A stretch of DNA of 64,000 nucleotides from NCBI RefSeq assembly GCF_018350175.1, contig NC_058368.1, positions 190,652,001-190,716,000 on the forward strand. The letters are read 5' to 3'. This document shows, one piece after another, positions 1 through 11,609 of the stretch. Each line of letters begins with the position of its first letter. The first letter of the stretch is position 1. The position numbers and the translations under genes are program-made. The DNA is from Felis catus. Taxonomy: Eukaryota. Under the pieces are notes generated by a model. The model did not search any database, was not told where the DNA came from, and was given only the letters and a program-made list of their open reading frames with translations.

Positions 1-1214
1 TTTTTAGGGTTTTCCTTTTTAGACTCTTAGTGTTGCAAACTAAGTAGTCTTGCCCGTGAACAACTCAATTCCTCTACATGGGATACCGAGAAGGAGTGAC
101 TGGAGGGGGTATGGGGTCTGGAAGCCAGCAGGGCTGCTGGTCAAGCTAGGAAACCACCCCTCCCCACCCCCCGCCCCACTCCTAAAACAACACACAGCTT
201 GCTTTTTACATCCTTTGTATACAAACCTCAGCCTGATGCTTGAGTGTCATCTCAAAAATATCAAACCTCATATTCGTTTCCAAAACTTTCTCTGCTTGTG
301 AAGTAAGAAAAATTAAAACCTTGTTGAAGGAAAAAAAAAAAACACAAATGCCATCCAGGCCTACCAATATGACCTCATTTAGGATTGTGGGGCTGCTGCT
401 TGCCAAATGGCATCCAGGACTGTCTAAGCCAGTTACAACTCCATACGGGCTCCTGAGAGTCCATGTCTGTCAGCCACCTGGTTTGTCTACCAGTTTTTAA
501 GATGCCCACTCATGACTAAACCATTCCCCCTCCAATCGCCCAAAAATAAACTACAGGTAACAACAAGATAAATAGGATGTGCTTCTCCTTGCTGAGTGCA
601 TTGACTTAAGGCATAGGCACATTTCTCCCTCTTTGAACAGAGATGGTGTAATCCCCTGTCCCAGCACAAGAGCTGGCCAGGGTGACCCTGGAGCATGACG
701 ATGAAGGTGGAGGGATGAGAGGTAGCTGATGGCGGGAACTAGGGAGGTGCCTCCACGTATGGGGGAGTGGTTTCGCTGGGCCGTTGGGGACACGGTGAGT
801 CTGAGAGAGACATTTGACTCAGTTTATATTAATTTCCAGTGACCATTTCTGGGGGCAGGTATTTTAGATCAGTGATTGCTGGGTCAGTATTCTTGGAGAA
901 AATATAATGGTGGATTTAGGAATATAAATATCCCAACAAAAATATATATAAGGATATTGAAGCTAGAGTTTGTGCATATCTTTAGAAATAAAAAAGCAAG
1001 TCTCCCAATTACCTACCAATCCCAGGAAATATATAAAAATTAATTAGGTTTTCTAGGCTCCTCTTAATTAGGTTTCCATTCCCAAATGGTTTCTCTTGGG
1101 GTGGGGGTTCCTCTCTTAAGGATTTTGAGGCTGGAGTCCACTGGATAAAGTCACAAGTGAGGATGAAACAGACTTTGAGCCATTTTTTTCCTTTAAACAG
1201 AGACATATCACCCA

Positions 1215-1220
1215 TTTATT
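1215..1220 (-). terminator. Candidate poly(A) signal AATAAA in SGCD 3' UTR
   Basis: tttatt on + strand. Usage not demonstrated. Confidence 0.3.
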
Positions 1221-1830
1221 CTTTTCCTGTCAGGCCACTGAGTAGCTTCCAGCCGACTGAGGAGCAGCTGTTATCCTATTTTGTGCTGATTTACAACTCC
1301 TATTTTGACTGTGGGATAATATGTAATTTTGAAGGAACATAGCAGGAGTTGGGTGGGCAGTTCAAACTTTGCTAAAATTCATCCTCCACATTCATCCAAC
1401 TACAAAGGCCCCAGTACATTCGGCTGTGAAGGGAGAATACCATTTTGAGTTCCCACAGCCAACTTCTATGGCGCTGCCCCATCCCTAACTTGAAGAAGGG
1501 GAAGTTGGCGAGCCTTACGAAAGCTAAAAATGGAAACGAAGTATCTACTGCAATACAAGGGTCTCAGTGCTTGAGTGTGACTTAGAGATTCCCGCCATCA
1601 CTGCCTTGTAATGACACTAAAGGGGAAGATGCGTGGCTGCTTAAACATGTAGATGACTATTCGGTAAGAGTCTGATACACTGTGTGGTTTTGAAGGGTCT
1701 GGGGAATATTGGGCTTGAATTAGTGTTTTGATTTTATCATGTAGGTGGTAGGGTTGAAATGGAAATGATGGTGGATATCACAGGGTCACCCATGGTTCCT
1801 TTTGTACTGAAACCTCATTTTATACAGAGG

Positions 1831-1929
1831 ATATATATATTTATTTATATATATTTATATATATTTATAGCCACCCACACACATACGCATACACCCACGT
1901 CCACACCCACACCCACACCCACCCACACA

Positions 1930-1963
<34 letters not shown>
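1831..1963. repeat. AT-rich low-complexity run followed by compound (ACCCAC)n/(CA)n microsatellite
   Basis: Seen directly; reads as a UG-rich tract in the SGCD mRNA. Confidence 0.95.
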
Positions 1964-1964
<1 letters not shown>

Positions 1965-2069
1965 GGTCTTTGATAGGCTTTCTGTGTTCTAGTAAAAATA
2001 GCTGGCAGCCAGTGTCTAAAGCCAAAAATGGCCTTTATGCTGCCAACAAGGTCCACTATGGATGGTCTC

Positions 2070-2243
2070 TCAAAGGCAGACACTTGTGTTTATCTGACAA
2101 GTGGAACCAGTTCCTGCCTGGGACAGGAATAATCTCCCATTGGCGCAGACGCAGATCTCGAAGACCTTCTGCCTCGTTCCTGTAGGCGTGTAGGATCCGT
2201 GAGGCAGTCTAGGTAGTTTGATTTTCGCAGCATCTAACTTAAT
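2070..2243 (-). CDS. SGCD: Delta-sarcoglycan, terminal coding exon (CDS part; 57 aa + TGA)
   Basis: Minus strand translates [57 protein letters not shown], the Cys-rich C-terminus of delta-sarcoglycan. It is preceded by a pyrimidine tract and AG (ct at 2244-2245), with branch point TTCTAAC at 2269-2275. Stop is tca at 2070-2072. Confidence 0.98.
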   Translation of the reverse strand: MKLDAAKIKLPRLPHGSYTPTGTRQKVFEICVCANGRLFLSQAGTGSTCQINTSVCL

Positions 2244-3584
2244 CTAAAGAAAGTGAACAGGAAGAGGAGTTAGAAGCTGCCCTTTATTCTCTTGACATTC
2301 AGAAACAGTAGATGAAGTTCAACTGCTGTGTTGAGTATTCTAGGCCCTGGGAATTCAGAGACGAACGTGACAGATAAAGTCTCTATACTCAGGGAAGCAT
2401 ATATTCTACCAAGACAATGTCTCACTGGTCTATATTAGCATTTTACAAAAAGTATATCATGTAGAATATGAAGAGAGTCCTAGAGTGAAATGAATTTGGA
2501 AATGCAAGGTTAATAATTTCTTTACTATGGATGGGCCTTCACACCCCAGCTCTGTGTGCATGGGAAGACTGCAAGAATATGCAGTGCTTTCTGGTCTTGA
2601 ATGACTGTTAAGATTATAATGAATTCCTCCAGAGTCTGGATTCTGAGAGCTATAATCTGCCTATGTGATATAGCCACTATTTCTACACGTGTATGATTTG
2701 GGGTTTGTGGCTGTTTGAAGAGACCATTTTGATAACTGAATACTTTATCTAACTAGCTCTTTTAAAACAAATATAGCAAATGCCAAACCCATCAAGACGT
2801 GGATTGGGTACACAGAAGCAGGTGGGGATGGGAAACCTCTAACTAGATATGAAAAGTGGAATACAGTTTTGATTTTAAAAAAATACACATTTTTTCCATC
2901 TATTTAAAAACTCTTAAATGGAAAAGTTCACCTATGCACGTGACAGAGACATTTTTAAAAGTTTGCAGTTCAATCTTATTTTCTTGGGGATTTGCCTTAC
3001 TTTGTCTACACAAACCCAAGTAGCTATTCTATTCACCAAAGTTGGATTATATTGGGTAGAAGAATTAATATCTTCAGTCCTCCAACGTCTTCTTGCCTAG
3101 TCTTACCCTATTTAAGGTTTGCCTTGTTCTGATTTGGGATAGCTGTTGGATCACACTCTCCATTCTCAAAGTAGAACCATACAATGTAAACTTTGAAAGT
3201 CACTGTGAGTAAATTAAGCTCAGCTTGAGTTAGATGTACATGATATACAGCTTAATCATGCCAGCTACCTAAATCTTACTTTCGGGTGATGAGAGAGAGA
3301 ATTTAGAAATAGCATTCATTTTTATAGCCGTGTGTATAATTCTCTACTTGTAGTACATGCTATTACTTCAGCGCTTACAAACAATGAGCCATAACTCTTC
3401 TGTGTTGTGGGTTAAGCTTATAACGGTGCTGTTCAACATATTTGTTCCCCAAACAAAACCTGATTGGCTCCTCTTGTTTGAAAGTGGGATCAACTTCAGT
3501 GCCACGGGAGTCTGGGAAAGGTGTGGGAAAGGTTGGCTTGTTTGGAGCTGGATCTCTCTGAATTTGTGTCCTTCTCACCCCTAC
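2244..3584 (-). other. SGCD: SGCD last intron (1341 bp, GT-AG)
   Basis: Bounded by the canonical donor and acceptor of the two coding exons. Confidence 0.95.
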
Positions 3585-3708
3585 CTCTCCATCTTTGGAC
3601 TCCAGCCTCAGCTCTGTTCTGCAGGTGGCTTCCATGTTGCCAGCTTCTGCATTTATTTCGACTCCTTTTGGGGCCTCCATCACCAGAGACCGGGTCGGGG
3701 ACTCCAAC
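3585..3708 (-). CDS. SGCD: Delta-sarcoglycan, penultimate coding exon (124 bp)
   Basis: Encodes (R)[41 protein letters not shown]. Acceptor tatttcAG (ct at 3709-3710), donor GAG|GTAGGG (ac at 3583-3584). The phase-0 join to the terminal exon gives ...KDGE-IKLDAAK. Confidence 0.98.
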
Positions 3709-4419
3709 CTGAAATACACACAAGACTAACACTAAAAATCCCATTTTGTTGTTTTGTTTTGTTTTGTTTTGTTTTTGGTAAATTTGAGAGGGAGTTGCTG
3801 CTCAGAGCATTGAAACAAAACAGCATTTCTGTATTCGTGCTGGAAATTCTTCTAGCTTTGTTTTACAAACCTGGTCAGGTTTATGACAGAGGACATAACC
3901 TACCTGGGCATGGTCTTCATTGCATATGATGAAGATTATAAAGAAGGTGTTCTAGGATCCTGGCTTCATTTTATCTCACACCCAGCTAATTATTGCTTTA
4001 TTGGTGTAGTTAACCAAGTTCTCACATAACTTTTATTTATTTTTAGAGTAAGGCTATCTCAGGTCTAAACTGAGCTTTCTAAAATTGGTAGATACTCCTT
4101 CTACTTTGTCGAAAGAAGCAGCATCAGAGGTTAAAGCAAGAGACCTACCAGTTAGACATGCCTGACTCAAGCCCCGGGGCTGCCAGTAGTAGGTGACTTT
4201 AGCAAGACTCTTCTCTCCTCACTTCTTTCTTTTCCAAAATTTCTCGATTTCTCCTTAGTTTTCTCATCTATAAAGTGCTTCAAATGGTGCTTGGCACATT
4301 GGAAATGCAGTGTATATATTAGCTGTTCCTATTACGGCTGCTGGTATTGTTTTTATACCATGGAATCATAAAGAAATCTCCGGCCTTACTCAAATAGTTG
4401 TCAAAAGAAGAGCTGAACG

Positions 4420-4612
4420 GATCCTTGGTTGCTGGGGGAGGGAGAGGGTAAGGACTTTGACTACAAAGGGGCAGAATGGCAAGGAGAGGTTTTTAGTGAT
4501 AAACTTTTTTTTGTATCTTGATTGTAGCAGTGGTCACATGACACTCCGTGTTTGGGAAAACTCACATAACTGTACCCTCAAAGAGTGGATTTTATTGTAT
4601 GTAATTAAAAAA
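4420..4612 (+). mobile_element. Ancient L1 (L1MC/MD/ME-like) 3' end fragment
   Basis: gtatcttgattgtagcagtggtcacatgac...aaactcacataactgtac...gattttattgtatgtaattaaaaaa resembles old L1 3' termini. Confidence 0.7.
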
Positions 4613-5949
4613 GGAGAGAAGGTGAATCAGCTACACTTATGTTAATTATTATGACCCAACATGATAATACTCCTCAGAAAGATCTTTGCCTAACTCATTT
4701 AACGTGAGAAATATTGACCATCCCCAGAATAGTCTAGATTTTAGTAGTATTGCCAAATAGAAATGAATGAACATCTCTGTTTACCAAGAAAGTACCCCAA
4801 CTTAGGAAGCACAGACCTCAGCATGGCTCTCAACTGCTCTGATTCAGACCAGTCTCCTGTGTTTTATTCATATGCTCCCAACTTTCAGACACGTGGAACA
4901 TGTTCACAAGGAACAGCATCCTCTCTGCCAACTGCTGGCTCCCTGTACTGCGTCCACCACTCCTTGTAAACCGTCTCGGGTTTCAGCAAGTGGCAGGAAG
5001 AATGAGCTGACCAGGGGGGACACCACCATGGAGCAATCCCAAGCCTCATCCCACAGGTGCCAAGAGAGGGCTTTTCTATGCTTCTCAGTCTGGGTTCCTG
5101 AGGTTTGCTTCTAGGCAGCAGCATTCTCCACTGATGTTTGTATTTCCCCTGCAGTGACTCAACCAGAGTCCCAAAGAAAAATGACAGGTCTGTAGCACTG
5201 GTGAAAGATTGACTTGAGCTTCTGTGGAACTCTCATTTTTCCCTTTGCCATCTCAGCCCTTGTAATGGAAAAAAATCCCCCATCCCTCCTGGCTCCTCAT
5301 AAGATCTTCCCCAAGTTGGGGCTGAGCCCCCTCTAACTACAATTTACTTCATTTGCACGTGGTTTCTCTTACTTTGCCCTCAATACAAGGAAGGGGGTCT
5401 TGACACCAGAGCAATGGGGAGTGACGTCTGTGCAGCGCAGTCTTGCCTAGGACCTTAATCCAACTCCATTCAGCTCCTCCTGCGCTCTTGATACTCTCAC
5501 TTTTGAAACATGAAGGTGGTTTTGTGCCATTTTCTTTGTTTCTCTCCTGCAAAGTCTAGCTGGCTTACAGTTTATCCTGCATTTTGTAACGTCTTTTCTT
5601 GGTACTAACGTTGATACCTTTTACCCTCAGAAAGGCATAAGTTTCCCCTCTGGTAATATTTTTGTTCAACTCCAGCTTCCTTCACCCAATTCTCAATGGC
5701 ACAGGTGTCATCCATCTTCTCCAGGTGACAGTCTCATGCCATCTTCTCTTTCCCCTTCCTTCTTCTTCCCTCCCCCTCTTATTTGACCAGTTAGCCTACA
5801 GTTTCTCCCTACTCAGTATACTAATGTATCTCTAACCTGGGCTATTTGCCTCACAAGTTTTGTCTCTCATTCTTCCTTTCTTTCCAGTGTACTTCACAAA
5901 TGGGTCTACCTCCTGAAGTGCATTTTGAATACGTCACTTCTTGTATCAG

Positions 5950-6170
5950 TAGGTGATGGGCACCGTGCAAAGTGCTTTATACATATGACCTCATTTAATC
6001 CTTCACAAAAACCCTATGATTTCGATATACTCTCTTAGTCTTGATAGTGCACAGATGGATGCAAAGGTAAGAGAGTTGCTCAGGGTTGTACATCTAGTAA
6101 AAGGGCATAGGTGAGATTCAAACCCAGGTTTAGTGGAATACCAAAGCCAGTATGTTTTCACTATATCTTA
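5950..6170 (-). mobile_element. MIR relic
   Basis: tgctttatacatatgacctcatttaatccttcacaaaaccctatga...gattcaaacccagg. Confidence 0.65.
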
Positions 6171-6227
6171 CCACTTACAGAAAAATTGGACTTCTTTCTT
6201 GTCTATCATATCTTCACACCATTCTTT

Positions 6228-6407
6228 ACATTTTGTTTATTTGAGAGACAGAGAGAGAGAGAGAGGCAGAGAGAGAGGGGAGAGAGAATTCCGAGCAGAA
6301 TCCACAAAGTCAGTGCAGAGCCCGATGTGGGGCTTGAACTCACGAACTGTGAGATCATGACCTGAGTTGAAGTTGAACACTTAATCAACTTAGCCACCAG
6401 GTGCCCC
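6228..6407 (-). mobile_element. Can-SINE with 15-bp TSD
   Basis: tRNA-derived head and (CT)n region; TSD ttcacaccattcttt at 6213-6227 and 6408-6422. Confidence 0.95.
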
Positions 6408-6615
6408 TTCACACCATTCTTTGTAGTTAAAGTCCACCTCTTCATGGAATTAGCACCTGTATTTCCAAAGCCAGTATCTATAAATAAGGGTAAGGTATTG
6501 CATATGGCTCAGTGATACATACTTCCCTGTATGCAATATTTCTCAAAATTTAAATAACTGACATTAGTGACATCAAGTTCAGGACATGGTGAATGCGTTC
6601 ATATTTGGTATGTAG

Positions 6616-6703
6616 CATTCAAACAGACTGATCATACAAATAGATAGCTGGGGTAAAAACATTCAAACGGACTGATCATATAAGTAGACAGCTGGGGTAA
6701 AAA
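6616..6703. repeat. 44-bp tandem duplication
   Basis: Two adjacent copies of cattcaaacRgactgatcataYaaRtagaYagctggggtaaaaa, 40/44 identical. Confidence 0.95.
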
Positions 6704-7388
6704 CAATTTAACATAGAAAAAAATGTTTAGAGCTAGGAGAACTTGATCAGATGGCGCGCTGGCATTTCATATGGACATTAGAATTCCCTTACTCTTGTGC
6801 GCCTCCTGTGGGCTCTGAGATCAGCAGGTGGGCTCCATGGCCAGAGAAGTGGACTCAGAATGACTGCTATCTTTTTCTCCCCTCTCAGTCTTGAAAGAAT
6901 CAGGGAGCTGAGAAAGGGCGCTACTCTGAAACTGTCTTTTATTGTGAAAAACTACAATAAGGGTAGAAATGGCAATTTCCTGGAAGCAGAGACAAAAAGG
7001 TAACTGCATTCTGCTTTGTAGCCCATCTATCTTGATATCTTTTGCTGTTAGGCAGACTTAATAGTTAAGTTCGTTTACATGTTAATCTTTCCCTTGTGAT
7101 AAAAAGCTCCTACCAGAGCCCTGGGAGCCTGCATAGAGCTCTTCTGTGATGTCAATTTCTGACACTAGATAACCAGTCACAGCACAGTGGCTAAAATAGC
7201 ATTGAGGAAGGAAAAACGGGAGGCGGCTCCATTCTGATGGGGGGCATTTGAGGGTCCTGCTGGTTCTTGGAAAGAAATACTGCTTCCATTAGAAGAGAGT
7301 GCAACCGTCTTATGGCAGGACTGACCAGACTCAGAACTGAAGAATGGCCAGGCAGGGAGGTCCATGGGCTGGGCCAGGTCCTCAGAAA

Positions 7389-7535
7389 CGAGGGTTCTCA
7401 ACAGTGGGCATCGGAATCACCTGGAGGGCTTGTTAAAATACAGATTGCTAGGCTCCACCCCCAGAGTTTGGATGCAGTAAGTACTCGTGGCAAGTTGAAG
7501 CTGCTGGTTCTGGGATCACACTTTGAGAACCACTG
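7389..7535 (+). mobile_element. MER5-type hAT-Charlie DNA transposon relic
   Basis: ggttctcaa...gaatcacctggagggcttgttaaaatacagattgctaggctccacccccagag...cacactttgagaaccactg. Confidence 0.8.
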
Positions 7536-10185
7536 CCCTAAAGCAAAGGTCATAATCTCAGGTGCCCACAAAGACTATGCAGGTGATGTAAATCAGTGAC
7601 CCATAAGAAAGCTGTGAGGAAAACAGTCTCTGCACAGCAATATAAGGCAAGTGATGAAAATGCTTTCCATAGGAGGCGGCTCCTATTCTAATTTGGCTGG
7701 TTACTGATGACCTTTGTAATGTCCTGAGCTGTTTTTTTTTTTTTTTTCCTATTCCCACCCATTGCCTTTTCTCAAGAGTAACTACTATTATGAATTTTGT
7801 GTTGACTATTTTCTTCTCTTTATAGTATTATTACATGTTTGCATCCTTATGCCATTGTGTACCAGTGCATGTTTTTAAACTTGACGCATAAAACAATTCC
7901 ACTTAGATATTCTTCAGCGACTTCTCCCCCACCTCAACATTATATTCCTGAGGTGCAGCTATGCTATAGCACATAGCTGTGATTTATTCAGTTTCCCCGG
8001 TGTCCTCTTAATTTGTCCATCCCTCTGTTGGACATTTGGGTTGCTTCTAGGTTTTTGTCTATCAACAGTACATCTCAGCACATTCTGTATGCAGCTCCTG
8101 GTACACGTGTGTAATTTTCTTGAGGACACATATGTGAAGAGTGGAATTGCTAGCTTCTGGACGATGCATAATTACAGCTTTTGTAGATACTAGTAGCTCA
8201 TAGTAGTGTAGTGTGTACAGGTCCCACCAGTACTATACGGAGTTCTGGTTCTTCTCTCTTGCCAGCATTTGATAATGTTTTAGTATGACACGAGTGTGAA
8301 ATGGGATGCTATTGTCTTTCAAGTTTGCATTGCCCAGATTCGGACTGGAGTTAAGCATCTTTTCATTTGTTTGGAAGCCATTTGGGATTCTCCTTCAGTG
8401 AAATGTCTTTTGTCTATTTTAATTGTTTGTATTGTTATTTTGTGTGTGAATTGTAGCCATATTTCATATTCTGAAAAAGAAGTATTTAGCAGTTTGATGT
8501 ATTTACAATTTCTTTTCGAGTCTGTGGTTTTTGTCTTTTCACTCTGTGCTTAGCATGTTTTCAAGAATGGGTTTTATATTTTATATTTTAATAGAGACAA
8601 ATTTATGGTCTTTTCCTCTAGGGCTTGTGCTATGTCTTATTTGAGCAACCCTTCCCTACACTGAAGTCATAAAGATCTAATATACTGTTTTCAAAACTTT
8701 CAAGCTTTGCTTTTTCATGAAGTTTCTAATTCATCAGTATAACCTTTGGTGTATGGTCTGAGGTTGGGGTCCAAACAGATGTATATCATGATCTTATCAT
8801 ATATTGAAAAGCCCATATTTAGCTTTTCCATATGGCATTGCTAGAGAAGTGGACTCAGAATATACCTATGGGTCTCTTTGGGGACTTTCTAGTCTGTTTC
8901 ACTATTATTTGTCTACTCCTGTGACAATAATCAATTATTTTAGCTTATTTATTATAGTTTTAAAAGTCTGTATATTTCACAAGGCAAGTCCTCTTACCTT
9001 GGTCTTCAAGGTCTTATGTTCATTCTATTGCCATTGCATCTGTCTCTATTTAGTTATGTTTTCTTTGGTGTATTTCAATAAAGTTTTACAATTCTATGTG
9101 GGATTAGTATACTTTTGTGGCTGTTGAAAATGGTATTTTTCTAAAGTATATCTCTTATCCGTATTCCTCTCTCCTGTTGTACTGATATCCAATATTTTTT
9201 GTGTGCTGATCTTATAATCAATACCTATGTTATTTTTCATTTTTTGTGCACAGGTTGTTCTAAGTTTTTTGTTTGTTTGTTTGTTTGTAGGCACTAATTA
9301 TGTTAATTTACAAGAGTTTTATATCTTTCTATTTCCTAAGCCATTTCTTTTTCTTTTCATGTTGTACTTACTGTGTAAGACTATCTCATATAGTGTTGAC
9401 CAGAAGTCAAGAAATGGCAATCTTCCTTTTTCCTAACTTTAAAGGGAAAACTTTCAACAATCTACTAGTAAGTATGATATTTTGTTCTCAGCATTTTTAA
9501 AAATAATACTTTTTATCAAGATATGAGAGTTCCTTTCTAGTCTTATTTTGTTAGTAGTTTCTGTCATACATTAATATGAATTTTTATCAAGTACTATTTC
9601 TCTTTAATATATTAATGTGGTGAATTATGTTAATTTTCTGATAATAACTCATTTCTATTTTTTTTGGCCTTAACCCAACATTGTCATTACAGAGTATTTT
9701 TTTTTTTTTTTTTTTACTTCTGAAACTATTTGTTAATATTTTTTTTAGGATTTTGTACCTGTGTTAGCTCATAAGTGAGTTTATCCTATAGTTTTTTTTT
9801 CAGGTTCCATCACTTTTCTATATTCTGGATTTCTTATGAAAAATTAGACTGATTTGTATCTGGCCTATTTAAACTCGTTTAAAGGATAACCCTCCTTTGG
9901 GCACAGAAAGACATTTTTATTAAAATATTTACAGGATTAGCTAGTTTTGTGTTTTTTGGCAGGTTGGGTTTTGGTAAGTTATATTTTTTCTTGGTATTTT
10001 TCCATTTCATATAAAGATTTAAATTTGGCAGAGCTTTTCATAATATCTTCAAATACCCTTGGATTTGTAGTTTTGTAATTTGGGGTCTCAAATATTTTTT
10101 TTCACATCTTTTCCCCCTTGAACAGTATTGCCAATTATTCTTTTCAAAGAATTAACTTTGGGTTTCTCTATCTTACTTTATTTTA

Positions 10186-10413
10186 TTTTATTTATTTATT
10201 TATTTATTTTTTTCAACGTTTATTTTTGGGACAGAGAGAGACAGAGCATGAACGGGGGAGTGGCAGAGAGAGAGGGAGACACAGAATCGGAAACAGGTTC
10301 CAGGCTCTGAGCCATCAGCCCAGAGCGCGACGCGGGGCTGGAACTCACGGACCGCGAGATTGTGACCTGGCTGAAGTTGGACGCTTAACTGACTGCGCCA
10401 CCCAGGCGCCCCG
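10186..10413 (-). mobile_element. Young felid Can-SINE (SINEC_Fc1-like) with 16-bp TSD
   Basis: CpG-rich, near-consensus head ggggcgcctgggtggcgcagtc; (TTTA)n tail; TSD atcttactttatttta at 10170-10185 and 10414-10429. Confidence 0.95.
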
Positions 10414-10429
10414 ATCTTACTTTATTTTA

Positions 10430-10621
10430 AAGTTTGAGAGAGAGAGTGGGAGCCTGCATATGACTGGGGGAGGGGCAGAGAGGGAGAATGAAAATCCCAA
10501 GCGGGCTCCCTGTTGTCAGTGCAGAGTATGATGCGGGACTTGAACCCATGAACCGTGAGATCATGACCTGAGCCGAAATCAAGAGTTGGACACCCAACCT
10601 ACTGAACCACTCAGATGCCCA
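10430..10621 (-). mobile_element. Older Can-SINE
   Basis: gagatcatgacctgagccgaaatcaagagttggac...ccactcagatgccc; more diverged than its neighbour. Confidence 0.9.
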
Positions 10622-11126
10622 TCTCATTTTTCAAATTTGTTCCTATTTCTTGAATTTCTTCTTCTTTTGTTCTAGATAAATAAGGATAAATCTGCAGTTG
10701 TTCTAAGTTCTGAAATATGTTGCCTTCCCTAATTTTTAATATATGAATTTAAGGTTATGCACTTTTTGGGGGGCAGTGTCCCTGTGGAGTATTTATAATA
10801 TGGGTGCAAATATATTTTTTTAAAATTTTAGTACAATTTTTGCTGTTGTTTATGAGTTTTATAGAGTATTGTCCTTAATTTCTAAGCATGTAAGATTTTC
10901 TAGACTGTATTTTAGTATGTATTTTCTTGATTGGTTTTGAACTGATAATCTTATAATAGAAAATATTTTATTTATAAAATCAAGTCTTTAAAAATCAAGA
11001 TTAGGTTTTTGGCCTAGTATGTGTCAATTTTTACAAATATTCATGCCTGTTTGAAAAGACTGTTGTTGCAATTGTTGGTGCTATCTTCTATATGTGGTTA
11101 TTAATTCCATATATATAAGATATATA

Positions 11127-11190
<64 letters not shown>
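11127..11190. repeat. (TG)9(TA)23 compound microsatellite
   Basis: Seen directly. Confidence 0.95.
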
Positions 11191-11194
<4 letters not shown>

Positions 11195-11609
11195 AAAAGA
11201 ACAGTTAAACACACACACACATACTTATTAGGTCAGTTACTAAAAGAAGTATGTTGTTAAATACATTCCACCATAGAACTGTTATGTCTTTTCTTCTTAT
11301 ATTGTGTAGTGGTCCTCTTTATTTCTTAAAATGTTTTTTTTGCCTTAAAATTAATTTTGCCTATTAGTATAGTTGTTCTCACTCTATTTATATTAGTTTC
11401 TGTCTTGGACACATTTTTTTCATACTTGTAAATACCAACTATTCTATATGGTTATGTTTTAGATTTTCTCATGTAACTGGATTATTTTTTCTTTCTGATG
11501 ATTTTTTATTGAAATCTACATACAGTGAAATGCACAGATCTTTTTATTTTATTGACAAACATATATATTGAAGGTGTACAATGTGACCTTTTGGAGAGGG
11601 TCATGTGCT

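Larger units (their letters stand above)
1..2069 (-). other. SGCD: SGCD 3' UTR (extent depends on poly(A) site; may continue past position 1)
   Basis: Immediately downstream of the stop codon and largely free of interspersed repeats. Minus-strand AATAAA at 1840-1845 and 1215-1220. Confidence 0.75.
7740..11500 (-). mobile_element. Highly degraded ancient L1 (L1ME/MD-like), interrupted by two SINEs
   Basis: T-rich strand with L1 ORF2/3' remnants such as ggacatttgggttgcttctagg, gagtggaattgct and tttaaagggaaaactttcaac. Confidence 0.7.

Noticed and set aside
3357..3929. 190-aa plus-strand ORF, the longest in the track
   Set aside because: Antisense to the SGCD exon, runs through a (TTTTG)n repeat, and resembles no protein I recognise; most likely a shadow ORF.
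7219..7690. ggaggcggctcc repeated at ~7219 and ~7672 around the MER5 element
   Set aside because: Only 12 bp plus weak extension and not at the element boundaries, so not a TSD; chance cannot be excluded.
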